A stretch of DNA of 64,000 nt from Candidatus Latescibacterota bacterium (GTDB lineage Bacteria; Latescibacterota; UBA2968), in assembly GCA_965207885.1 (NCBI GenBank), contig OZ242311.1, positions 4,320,001 through 4,384,000 on the forward strand, written 5' to 3'. Numbering within the stretch: the stretch's first letter is position 1; every line of letters starts with the position of its first letter. The translations under genes and the position numbers were made by a program. Shown here one piece after another: positions 37,360 through 46,027 of this stretch. The notes under the pieces were generated by a model. That model was not told where the DNA came from, did not search any database, and worked only from the letters and a program-made list of their open reading frames with translations.

Positions 37360-38370
37360 ATGCACATCTACATCCTCAAAAGATTACTGGCACTGATCCC
37401 CACACTATTAGGCATCACAGTGCTGGTTTTTTTTATGGTACACCTCGTACCTGGAGACCCGGCGCAGATCATGCTGGGCGAACGGGCAAGTGCCGAAAGT
37501 CTGGCCGCTTTGAGGCGCGACCTGGGCCTGGACCAGCCATTACATGTGCAATTTGGACGCTATTTATCCGACCTGCTACAAGGCGACCTGGGGCGGTCGA
37601 TTAAATCGCACGAACGCGTATCCGTCGAACTAATGGCGCGTTTTCCCGCCACCATGGAACTCACCTTTGCGAGCATGGTATTCGCCTGCATACTCGGCAT
37701 TGGTGCAGGTATAGCATCCGCAGTCCGACGTGGCACCTGGTGGGATTATATCGGCATGACCGCATCATTAGCAGGAGTCTCAGTGCCAATATTCTGGCTG
37801 GGATTATTGCTCATTCTCGCCCTTGCTGTCTCCCTACCGCTGTTCCCCGTCTCCGGACGGCTCAGCTCCCATGTATTTATACCCACACTGACTGGATTTT
37901 ACCTCATAGACAGCTTGATCGCAGGTGATCTTCCGAGTTTTGCCGACGCACTCTGGCATTTGATCTTGCCGGGCATAACCCTGGGCACTGTGCCCGCCGC
38001 TGTTATCGCACGCATGACCCGGTCGAGCTTGCTGGAAGTCCTGCGCGAAGATTATGTGCGCACCGCCTGGGCAAAAGGCTTATCTGAACGGGTCGTCATC
38101 TTGCGTCACGCACTGAAAAACGCATTCATCCCCGTCTTAACCGTAATCAGCTTGCAATTCGGCTATCTATTGGGTGGCGCAGTCTTGACCGAAAGTATCT
38201 TTGCCTGGCCCGGGGTCGGGCGCTGGTTGCTCCTCTCGGTTTACGCACGCGACTTTCGGGCAATACAAGGAGGCGTGCTAATCGTCGCCACCACCTTTGT
38301 GCTCATCAACTTAATCGCAGATCTGTTATACGCCTGGCTGGATCCAAGGATCAAATACGGTAAGGAATAG
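37360..38370 (+). CDS. dppB: Peptide ABC transporter permease
   Basis: YILKRLL, PGDPA, GLDQPL, RMTRSSLLEVLREDYVRTAWAKG. Confidence 0.9.
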   Translation: MHIYILKRLLALIPTLLGITVLVFFMVHLVPGDPAQIMLGERASAESLAALRRDLGLDQPLHVQFGRYLSDLLQGDLGRSIKSHERVSVELMARFPATMELTFASMVFACILGIGAGIASAVRRGTWWDYIGMTASLAGVSVPIFWLGLLLILALAVSLPLFPVSGRLSSHVFIPTLTGFYLIDSLIAGDLPSFADALWHLILPGITLGTVPAAVIARMTRSSLLEVLREDYVRTAWAKGLSERVVILRHALKNAFIPVLTVISLQFGYLLGGAVLTESIFAWPGVGRWLLLSVYARDFRAIQGGVLIVATTFVLINLIADLLYAWLDPRIKYGKE

Positions 38371-38377
38371 AAGCGCA

Positions 38378-39247
38378 ATGTCACACATTCAAGACACCTT
38401 ACAAACGCCACCGCAAACCACCGCGCTATTGATCTGGCAGCGATTGCGAAAAAACCGTCTCTCCATTGTGGGAAGTATATTGATCGGCGGCTTTCTACTC
38501 CTGGCATTCGCAGCACCTTTGATAGCCCCTGCCGATCCAATGGCCCAGGCACTCTACAATCGCCTATCGCCCCCAACGCTCGAACATCCATTCGGCACAG
38601 ATGACTTTGGCCGAGACATATTGAGCCGCGTCATCTATGGCGCGCGGATATCTCTGCGCGTCGGAGTATTCGCCGTATTGATCGCCCTTATACTGGGCAC
38701 CTGTATTGGGGTCGTCGCGGGCTACTGGGGGGGGTGGATAGATCAAATATTGATGCGACTGATGGATCTACTACTCGCCTTTCCGAGCATATTGCTCGCA
38801 ATCGGCATCGTAGCTATTTTGGGACCCGGCCTGGAAAATGCGATGTTGGCCGTCGGCATTGTAGCTATGCCGCAATATGCGCGCCTGGTTCGCGCGTCCG
38901 TCTTAACCGTACGAGAAACCGATTATGTCATGGCCGCACGCGCCCTGGGGGCATCGGATTCGCGCATACTATGCGTCGCCGTCTTGCCCAATTGTCTCGC
39001 CCCATTAATCGTCCAGGCAACATTGGGATTGGCAACCGCGATCCTCGACGCTGCTGGACTGAGCTTTCTCGGCCTGGGCGCGCAACCCCCAACACCCGAA
39101 TGGGGAGCGATGTTGAGTCAGGGACGCGAACTGATTGTGCGCGCACCCTGGGTACTCACCTTCCCTGGTGGAGCGATCTTTTTCACAGTACTGGCATTTA
39201 ATCTGGTCGGCGATGGTCTGCGAGACGCACTGGATCCAAAGGCTTAA
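38378..39247 (+). CDS. dppC: Peptide ABC transporter permease
   Basis: HPFGTDDFGRDILSRVIYGARISL, DYVMAARALGAS, GLSFLGLG, GDGLRDALDP. Confidence 0.9.
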   Translation: MSHIQDTLQTPPQTTALLIWQRLRKNRLSIVGSILIGGFLLLAFAAPLIAPADPMAQALYNRLSPPTLEHPFGTDDFGRDILSRVIYGARISLRVGVFAVLIALILGTCIGVVAGYWGGWIDQILMRLMDLLLAFPSILLAIGIVAILGPGLENAMLAVGIVAMPQYARLVRASVLTVRETDYVMAARALGASDSRILCVAVLPNCLAPLIVQATLGLATAILDAAGLSFLGLGAQPPTPEWGAMLSQGRELIVRAPWVLTFPGGAIFFTVLAFNLVGDGLRDALDPKA

Positions 39248-40479
39248 TTCAATTCAGCCATCGGGCCGAGTGCGACAAGCGCGGGATCCGCATCGAGAGG
39301 ATATTGTTCGAGATAATCGGCAATGCGCTCTGGCGTAACAGCATCGATCTCCGCACGTTCTTCCTCGAGCGTTTTGAGCGGCGTGCTGGTACTCAGGCTA
39401 CCCACAATTTGGGAAAAGCGAGAAAGGCCGTTTTCCCCACTGCAAATAATACCCGTAGCCTGCTTGGTCTTGGCGCGTTGGAGCGCATCACTATCAATCC
39501 CATTTTTTAAATCCGCCATCTCGCGCCGCACAATATCGAGAACCTGAGACACATTTTGCGGATCCACGGACAAATAAACATAAAAAAGCCCCGCATCGCT
39601 AAAATTGATATACTCTGCCGCGGCTTCATCAGCCAGACCCTGTTGAATAACAGACCAGTAGAGCCGGCTATTGGTCGATGCCCCCAAATAAACAGAAAGC
39701 AGATCCGCAGTAGCGGCATGATCATCGGAAGATGGCGGCGCAGGAAGCGCGAGCGCGATATGTTCGCGCGCCACACCATCGCGTTGCACAACGCGATTTG
39801 AAGCGTGAAAAGTTGGAATAGATTGCTCGCGACCATGATCAGACACCTGCCAGCCTCCGCAATGTGTCTCAACCGCGCGAATAATCTCATCGCGATCAAA
39901 CGCACCTGTAACGACAAACGTGAGGTTATTGGGACCATAGCGCCGCTGGTGATACTCAGCCATCAAATCGCGGGTAATAGACTTCACCGTATCCTCTGTG
40001 CCCAGCACACTCTGCCCTAAGGGATGAGTGCCAAAAGCCTCTTGAATGAGATCGTCAATAATGAGCGCATCGGGCTGGTCGTGATACATCGCAATCTCTT
40101 CGAGAATAACCTTCTTTTCCATATCAAACTCATCCGATGGCAAATTGGCGCGCATCATATCGCTGAGAATCTCGATAGAATCCGTCGCGCGATCGCTTTG
40201 CACCCAATGGAAATAGGCCGTACCTTCCCACCAGGTGTAGGCATTCCACATAGCGCCCAGATCATCGACATCAAGCGAAAGTTGCCGCCAGTCGCGCCTG
40301 GGCGTCCCCTTGAAACACATGTGTTCGAGAAAATGTGAAATCCCCAAAAGGTCTGGAGCTTCGTCGCGCGATCCCGTCTGGGCAAAAAACCCCAGCGCAG
40401 CCGACCGAATGCGCGGAATCGTTTCAAAAACAAGCGTGAGACCATTATCGAGGGTATGCGTGGAAAACGGTGAAGACAT
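39244..40479 (-). CDS. M16 (pitrilysin) family peptidase, catalytic subunit
   Basis: GISHFLEHMCFKGT (HxxEH), EKKVILEEIAMY; start MSSPF after AGGAG. Confidence 0.9.
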   Translation of the reverse strand: MSSPFSTHTLDNGLTLVFETIPRIRSAALGFFAQTGSRDEAPDLLGISHFLEHMCFKGTPRRDWRQLSLDVDDLGAMWNAYTWWEGTAYFHWVQSDRATDSIEILSDMMRANLPSDEFDMEKKVILEEIAMYHDQPDALIIDDLIQEAFGTHPLGQSVLGTEDTVKSITRDLMAEYHQRRYGPNNLTFVVTGAFDRDEIIRAVETHCGGWQVSDHGREQSIPTFHASNRVVQRDGVAREHIALALPAPPSSDDHAATADLLSVYLGASTNSRLYWSVIQQGLADEAAAEYINFSDAGLFYVYLSVDPQNVSQVLDIVRREMADLKNGIDSDALQRAKTKQATGIICSGENGLSRFSQIVGSLSTSTPLKTLEEERAEIDAVTPERIADYLEQYPLDADPALVALGPMAELN

Positions 40480-40522
40480 GAGTTGCTCCTGAAGAAAGCG
40501 GTGAGACGTAAAAGCTGATAGC

Positions 40523-41386
40523 TTATAAACTCTTCGCCATTGCAATAGCTTCGTGTTCGGGCAGATAGGGCACATCAGAGCGATCCCAACTGCGTCTGCC
40601 GGCGACACAGTGAATACCCATCAGTTGTCGTTTTTGGGGCGTATCGGCCCAATTGACAATGCTTTGCGGCGGTGGACTCGCGATCCACTTTTTCACAAAA
40701 AAGGGCATATAGCCATAAATAACGATGCGCCGATCCATCGCACTGGTATTGGCACATCCCGTATGCCAGCAGACCACGTTCCACAGCACGGCATCACCGG
40801 CATTGAGAGTCATCTTCCTCATATTGGGCATGGTTTCCAGGGCATCTCCCGAATATTCTTCTTTGGGCGGATAATCCGAATTCGTATGCGTACCAGGTAC
40901 CAATGAAAAGCATCCCATGTCTTCGGTCTGATCGTCGACAAAATAAAAAACTTTAATCTTGAGCGTATATTGCGGGTGCGTCCAGGGCGGCCAGTCTCGG
41001 TGCCAGTTCGTGTGTGCAGCAGTACCCGCATGGTGATTGTGATAGAGCATCTCCATCACCTGATAATCCGGGCCGACGATATTTTCGACATAGGGAATAA
41101 CACTGGGATTATTGGCCAGATCGAGAATGGTCTCATCTGTATCAAAATCCGGGCGAATAGTATGCGCGTGCGGCCCATTGCCATAGCCATTTCGGAACTT
41201 GCCGAGTCGGAGTTCTTCTTCCCGCTCTGCGAGCGTCTCTGACTCGCGGCGGTCAAACGCCTGTCGCACCCGATCCAGACCAATGGGTTCAATGGCATTT
41301 TTAATCACGATATACCCATTTTTATCGTAAAAAGCGCGCTCTTCATCGGTCGGCGCCGAATATTGTATTGCATCAATTGTTGCCAT
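40523..41386 (-). CDS. PhyH family dioxygenase
   Basis: NGYIVI, WHRD, LVPGTH, WHTGCAN..R; start MATID after AGGAG. Confidence 0.85.
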   Translation of the reverse strand: MATIDAIQYSAPTDEERAFYDKNGYIVIKNAIEPIGLDRVRQAFDRRESETLAEREEELRLGKFRNGYGNGPHAHTIRPDFDTDETILDLANNPSVIPYVENIVGPDYQVMEMLYHNHHAGTAAHTNWHRDWPPWTHPQYTLKIKVFYFVDDQTEDMGCFSLVPGTHTNSDYPPKEEYSGDALETMPNMRKMTLNAGDAVLWNVVCWHTGCANTSAMDRRIVIYGYMPFFVKKWIASPPPQSIVNWADTPQKRQLMGIHCVAGRRSWDRSDVPYLPEHEAIAMAKSL

Positions 41387-41423
41387 AAATTGCTCCTGTG
41401 AAAACTGGGTGAACCTCTTACCT

Positions 41424-42662
41424 CTAACTACCTGTCTCCAGTGGCCGAGGCCCCAAAACCAGCAATGTACCAGGTCTTGGAGGAAAAGTCTCAATATACT
41501 GCGGAATCTGATCGAGGGTAACGGCATCAATACCGGCGGCGATTTCGTCAATCGTGCGCACGCGGCCCTCGAGAAATAAATCTTCAATAATACCTCCAGC
41601 GCGGCCCTCGGGCAAATCGCCAATGGTAAAAAGGCGCCCCTTGAGCACTGTCTTGGCCCGAATGAGTTCTTCGGCAGTGACATCGCGGCGCAATCGCGCA
41701 AGCTCCGATTGGCAGACATCCAGAGTCTCCTGGGCGCGGTCGGCAGTTGTGCCTGCATAAACAGCCATCAGACCGCCGCCGCAGTATGCCTGATAAAAAG
41801 CCGACACACTATAGGCCAGGCCGCGTTTTTCGCGGACCTCTGTAAATAATCGGCTCGATCCTCCGCCGGAAAGAATGGCAATGGCGAGTTGACCCGCGTA
41901 ATAGAGATCGTGGCCTCGTGGAACACCGCAAGAGAGCAGACAAATATGGGCTTGCTCTGATGGCTTTTCGCGATGTACACTGCGATCGGCAACAGAAATG
42001 GGATGAGGCTCTCCGCTGTCTGGTGCTTTACCTGCCCACCCGCCAAAAACATCGCCAACAGTCTCAATCACAGTTTCCGCATCCAGGCCGCCTGCAACCC
42101 CAATGATCAAATGGCCAGGCCTGCAATGTGCATCCCAATGGCGGCGAACGCCTGCAGGTGTAATAGCCGATACTGTATCGGGTTCTCCAAAGGGAATCCT
42201 GCCCATAGGTGAACCAAGCCCTGCCTTATAGGTCATATACATGGCCTGTTGTATGGGGTTGTCCTCCATGCGTTTGAGTTCCTCAAGCGTGATGGTCTTG
42301 GCGATCTCGACCTGATCACTGGGAAAAGATGCACTGCGAAAAAGTTCGGCATAAAGTTCGAGTGCGGATTTGAATTTATCGGGCAGGATTTGCGCGAAAA
42401 AAGAGGTGTATTCGACGGAAGTCGAAGAACTGCGCCTTATCCCCAGACCGTCAAAAGCGTCAAATATAGCGCGTGCATCGTGCCTGGGCGTACCCTTAAA
42501 AAGAACATCTTCTGCAATGCGCGTAATGCCCAATCTGTCGTTGGGATCGTCTTTCGCACCAAAAGTAAAACGGAACGCAACAACAACCGATTGCGCACCG
42601 GGCATGGGTTCGACAACCACGCGAATGCCGTTGTCGAGAGTATAAATTTTTGGCTCGGACAT
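41424..42662 (-). CDS. M16 family peptidase, non-catalytic partner subunit
   Basis: HxxEH replaced by RIAED; SSRLFTEVREKRGLAY; start MSEPK after GAGG. Confidence 0.85.
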   Translation of the reverse strand: MSEPKIYTLDNGIRVVVEPMPGAQSVVVAFRFTFGAKDDPNDRLGITRIAEDVLFKGTPRHDARAIFDAFDGLGIRRSSSTSVEYTSFFAQILPDKFKSALELYAELFRSASFPSDQVEIAKTITLEELKRMEDNPIQQAMYMTYKAGLGSPMGRIPFGEPDTVSAITPAGVRRHWDAHCRPGHLIIGVAGGLDAETVIETVGDVFGGWAGKAPDSGEPHPISVADRSVHREKPSEQAHICLLSCGVPRGHDLYYAGQLAIAILSGGGSSRLFTEVREKRGLAYSVSAFYQAYCGGGLMAVYAGTTADRAQETLDVCQSELARLRRDVTAEELIRAKTVLKGRLFTIGDLPEGRAGGIIEDLFLEGRVRTIDEIAAGIDAVTLDQIPQYIETFPPRPGTLLVLGPRPLETGS

Positions 42663-42680
42663 TGGGGTCCTCACATATAG

Positions 42681-42742
42681 TGTAGGGGCAGTGCTTCTGT
42701 AACCGCCCGAAGAATGCAGGGGCGATAACTCACCGCTCGCCC
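42681..42742 (+). repeat. Two degenerate GTAG-type REP-like palindromes
   Basis: TGTAGGGGCAGTGCTTCTGTAACCGCCC (22/28 identical to the 9961-9988 element) and TGCAGGGGCGATAACTCACCGCTCGCCC. Confidence 0.5.
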
Positions 42743-42824
42743 AATTGGTTTTTCTCATGTAATAACATGAATATATATTGTCAATAGATATTGTGACACT
42801 TATCTCTTTCAGGAGGTCATCATC

Positions 42825-43799
42825 ATGAACGTCAAAGTCGAAAATTTGCGTGCGTTGTGCCAGTCTATCCTGACCGATCGCGGACTCGACGCAACTGACG
42901 CGCATATTGTGACAGATATTTTGATCGAAGCCGAATTGCGCGGACGCCCAACACATGGGATGATCCGCCTGCCCGGCATTGCCGAACGCGTATCTCAAAG
43001 TACTCAATCCCCCATGATCGTGGAAAAAGACGCACCGGCTTATTCCCTCATCGATGGACGGGATAATCTGGGCTATCTGGTAGCACATCGGTGTGCGCAT
43101 GCCGCGATAGACAAAGCCGAACAAAGTGGCGTAGGCGTTGTGGGTGCGCGCGATACCAGCCACAGTGGCATGCTGGGCTATTACGCCTCAATGGTCGCCG
43201 ACGCAGAACAGGTCGGACTGGTTATGTGCAACACAGGCCCGCGCATTGTCCCCTGGGGCGGGCAACACCCCATACTTGGAACAAATCCCATCGCAGCGGG
43301 ATTCCCCGCAGCAGAAGGCCAGGTACTGGTCGATTTTTCGTGCGCGGCAATTACCAATGGCGAAATATTGGTGGCACTCAAAGACGGCAAAGAGATTCCC
43401 GCAGGGCGCGCACTGGGACCAGATGGCAAGCCGACAACCGACCCCGAGCAAGCGCGCGCGGGTGGGGCATTGCCCTTTGGCGAACACAAAGGATACGCTT
43501 TAAGTGTAATGATTCAAATCTTTTCCGGCATCTTGCTCAATGCTGCACCCGTACCTGAAATGGGAAAAAATTACGGGATTTTCATGCTGGCCATTGATCC
43601 CTCAATTTTTTTGGGAATGGACATTTTTCAATCGGGCGTTAGCGAAGTCATCCACGCCATTAAAAATTCAATGTCCGCAGATGGCGTAACCGAAATTTTG
43701 ATCCCGGGTGAGCGCGCCTTTAAAGAACGCGCGATGCGGATACAGTCGGGTGTGGATATCGACAATGAATTAATGGAAGAACTCCAGCAATTAGCGTAG
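42825..43799 (+). CDS. Ldh_2 family oxidoreductase
   Basis: AELRGRPTHG, SHSGMLGYY, GTNPIA, FGEHKGYAL, IPGE. Confidence 0.9.
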   Translation: MNVKVENLRALCQSILTDRGLDATDAHIVTDILIEAELRGRPTHGMIRLPGIAERVSQSTQSPMIVEKDAPAYSLIDGRDNLGYLVAHRCAHAAIDKAEQSGVGVVGARDTSHSGMLGYYASMVADAEQVGLVMCNTGPRIVPWGGQHPILGTNPIAAGFPAAEGQVLVDFSCAAITNGEILVALKDGKEIPAGRALGPDGKPTTDPEQARAGGALPFGEHKGYALSVMIQIFSGILLNAAPVPEMGKNYGIFMLAIDPSIFLGMDIFQSGVSEVIHAIKNSMSADGVTEILIPGERAFKERAMRIQSGVDIDNELMEELQQLA

Positions 43800-43816
43800 A
43801 GAGCACCTCTTTACCC

Positions 43817-43845
43817 TTGACAGCCCGATTGGGGTTGGCTACCTT
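43817..43845 (+). promoter_or_regulatory. sigma70-type promoter for the riboswitch-dap operon
   Basis: TTGACA-N17-TACCTT about 10 bp before the riboswitch. Confidence 0.55.
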
Positions 43846-43854
43846 TCCGTTCCG

Positions 43855-44041
43855 CAAGGGTAGAGGCGCGAGCGATCATCAGTATGCGGCGCAGGAGGCG
43901 AAACGGAGTACTGCTCCACTGTGCCGACAAAAAGGGATCGTTCGCCGAAGTCCTGGCCTGTTTCGCCACAGGGCAGGGCTGGTTCAGTGGATAATATCTG
44001 CTGAACTGTCACGGGAAAAGTTTCCGTGGAGAGCTCTCTTG
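43855..44041 (+). ncRNA. Lysine riboswitch (L-box)
   Basis: AGAGGCGC..AGTA..AAAGGG..CGCCGAA..CTGG..ACTGTC..GGAGAGCT motifs; P1 CAAGGG/CTCTTG; directly upstream of dapA. Confidence 0.9.
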
Positions 44042-44065
44042 TTCGCGAGATTTTCTGCTGCGTTT

Positions 44066-44104
44066 AGCGTCTGGCGATACCCTTGAGAAGCCGGCGCTTT
44101 TTTT
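44066..44104 (+). terminator. Riboswitch expression-platform terminator
   Basis: AGCGTCTGGC..GCCGGCGCT followed by a T tract. Confidence 0.7.
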
Positions 44105-44133
44105 ATCGCAAAGTGCAGAAACTGGAGGTTTTT

Positions 44134-45162
44134 ATGTTGAAAGGATGTCATACGGCCTTAATCACGCCCCTGACTGCCAACCATGCCCTGGACCAGGATG
44201 GTCTGGAAAAACTGGTAGCATTTCAGATTTCTGAAGGAATTGATGGCCTTTTGGCCTGCGGCACGACGGCTGAGAGTCCAACCCTGAGCAGTGATGAACA
44301 AAGCTTGATTACACGCGTAGTGTGCAGCCAGGCCCGAGAGCAATGCCGTGCCATTGGGGGAGCCGGCAGCAACTCTACGGCAAAAACCTTAAAAGCGGCT
44401 GAATACGCCGCGCAAGTAGGCGCAGACTCCATCCTGCTCGTCGATCCCTATTACAACGGACCAAGTTCTTTGGAAATTCGCAAAGAATACGTCGAACCCG
44501 TAGCCCGTGCATTTCCCGAACTGGACATGATTCCCTATGTCATACCCGGTCGATCCGGCACGAAATTGCTCCCAGAAGACCTCGGCATCTTGTATTCCGA
44601 ATACAAAAATGTGAACACCGTGAAAGAGGCCACAGGCGACCTGGACAACATGGCGCGCACCCGCGAATGTTGTGGTAATGCGTTTTCGATCATGTCGGGG
44701 GACGACGACAAAACATTTGATATGATGACCAGCGACCAGATTGACGCCGCGGGTGTAATCAGTGTGATTTCCAATGTGGCACCCGGTCCCGTGACAAAAA
44801 TGGTACACGCCCTCCAAAGCGGAAATATGAACGAAGCAGATCGCCTGCACGCCGCACTAAAACCCTTATTTGGGATGGTCGGCGTTGTATCCGAAGAACA
44901 AACACCTTATGGCGTGACAGAAGTCAAGGCGCGCAATCCATTGCCGGTAAAAACCCTGATGAATATTTTGGACATGCCAGCCGGACCGTGCCGCCAGCCA
45001 TTGGGAAAAATGAACCGCGCTGGACTGGATATCGTACTGGGCATTGCACGCGAAGTACAGGCCAATAACCCGGAGGTATTCGCGCCCGTAGCGTCATTTT
45101 TTGGTACAGACATAGCGCAACGCCTGAACGATGATTCAGTACTGGAAGGACTGGTGTATTGA
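44134..45162 (+). CDS. dapA: 4-hydroxy-tetrahydrodipicolinate synthase
   Basis: TALITP, CGTTAESPTL, GAGSNST, PYYN, YVIPGRSG, VKEATG, SGDD. Confidence 0.9.
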   Translation: MLKGCHTALITPLTANHALDQDGLEKLVAFQISEGIDGLLACGTTAESPTLSSDEQSLITRVVCSQAREQCRAIGGAGSNSTAKTLKAAEYAAQVGADSILLVDPYYNGPSSLEIRKEYVEPVARAFPELDMIPYVIPGRSGTKLLPEDLGILYSEYKNVNTVKEATGDLDNMARTRECCGNAFSIMSGDDDKTFDMMTSDQIDAAGVISVISNVAPGPVTKMVHALQSGNMNEADRLHAALKPLFGMVGVVSEEQTPYGVTEVKARNPLPVKTLMNILDMPAGPCRQPLGKMNRAGLDIVLGIAREVQANNPEVFAPVASFFGTDIAQRLNDDSVLEGLVY

Positions 45163-45183
45163 TAGCTTTTTTTGGGAGCAATT

Positions 45184-46005
45184 ATGATTAAGGTGGGTAT
45201 TTGTGGTATTGCCGGGCGGATGGGACAGCGAATTTCTCATCTGACCCTCGAAGCCGAAGGACTGGATTTGGTCGGTGGAGTCGAGTTTCCAGGTCATCCC
45301 GTAATTGGAAAAGACATTGGCGAAGTCATAGGCGTTCCTCCCAAAGGTATATCAGTAGTAGATACGGTCGAAGCAATGACGGACAATGTCGATGTAATCA
45401 CGGCATTCACTGCGCCCCCCGACCCGACAGTTGCCGCGGCAGAAATAGCTGGACGCGCTGGCGTGCCGATGGTCATTGGCACAACGGGATTGTCGTCCGA
45501 TCAGGTAGAGACCATGACACAGGCCTTGAAAGACGTGGCCTGTGTATTCGCGCCCAATTTCAGCGTAGGTGTAACAGTATTAGTCCAACTCGTCGAAGAA
45601 GCCGCGCGTATTCTGGGCGGCGATTACGATGCAGAAATCGTCGAAGCGCACCATCGATTTAAAACCGATGCGCCATCGGGAACGGCTTACGCACTGGCCG
45701 AAGCCGCAGCAAGGGGATTGGATCGCAACTTGCAAGAGGTGGGCGTATATGGTCGCTACGGCGATACGGGCGTGCGGACACGCGAAGAAATCGGCGTACA
45801 CGCCATTCGTGCCGGCGATATCGTCGGAGAACACACGGTCATGTTCGGAGGCATTGGAGAAACCATCGAACTCGCCCATCGCGCACAAAGTCGCGACACA
45901 TTCGCCTCTGGTGTGATTCGGGCTATCCCCTTTGCCGTTGGAGCCGCCCCGGGTATGTATGACATGCGCGATGTACTGGGGTTGAGGCAAAAAAGTAAGA
46001 CGTAA
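45184..46005 (+). CDS. dapB: 4-hydroxy-tetrahydrodipicolinate reductase
   Basis: GIAGRMG, IGTTG, APNFSVGV, EAHHRFKTDAPSGTA, RAGDIVGEH. Confidence 0.95.
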   Translation: MIKVGICGIAGRMGQRISHLTLEAEGLDLVGGVEFPGHPVIGKDIGEVIGVPPKGISVVDTVEAMTDNVDVITAFTAPPDPTVAAAEIAGRAGVPMVIGTTGLSSDQVETMTQALKDVACVFAPNFSVGVTVLVQLVEEAARILGGDYDAEIVEAHHRFKTDAPSGTAYALAEAAARGLDRNLQEVGVYGRYGDTGVRTREEIGVHAIRAGDIVGEHTVMFGGIGETIELAHRAQSRDTFASGVIRAIPFAVGAAPGMYDMRDVLGLRQKSKT

Positions 46006-46027
46006 AACGTAAAAGAGGAGGAAATTC

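Noticed and set aside
42663-43163. Long N-terminal extension of the 579-aa M16 ORF (likewise extensions to 41758, 40608 and 4807)
   Set aside because: Extensions overlap neighbouring genes; RBS-supported internal starts fit family lengths
43817-44086. 89-aa ORF upstream of dapA
   Set aside because: Overlaps the promoter and lysine riboswitch; spurious
45990-46020. Short 7-nt repeats (ACGTAAA; also CTTCACA near 15690)
   Set aside because: Only 2-3 imperfect copies at gene ends; no evidence of function
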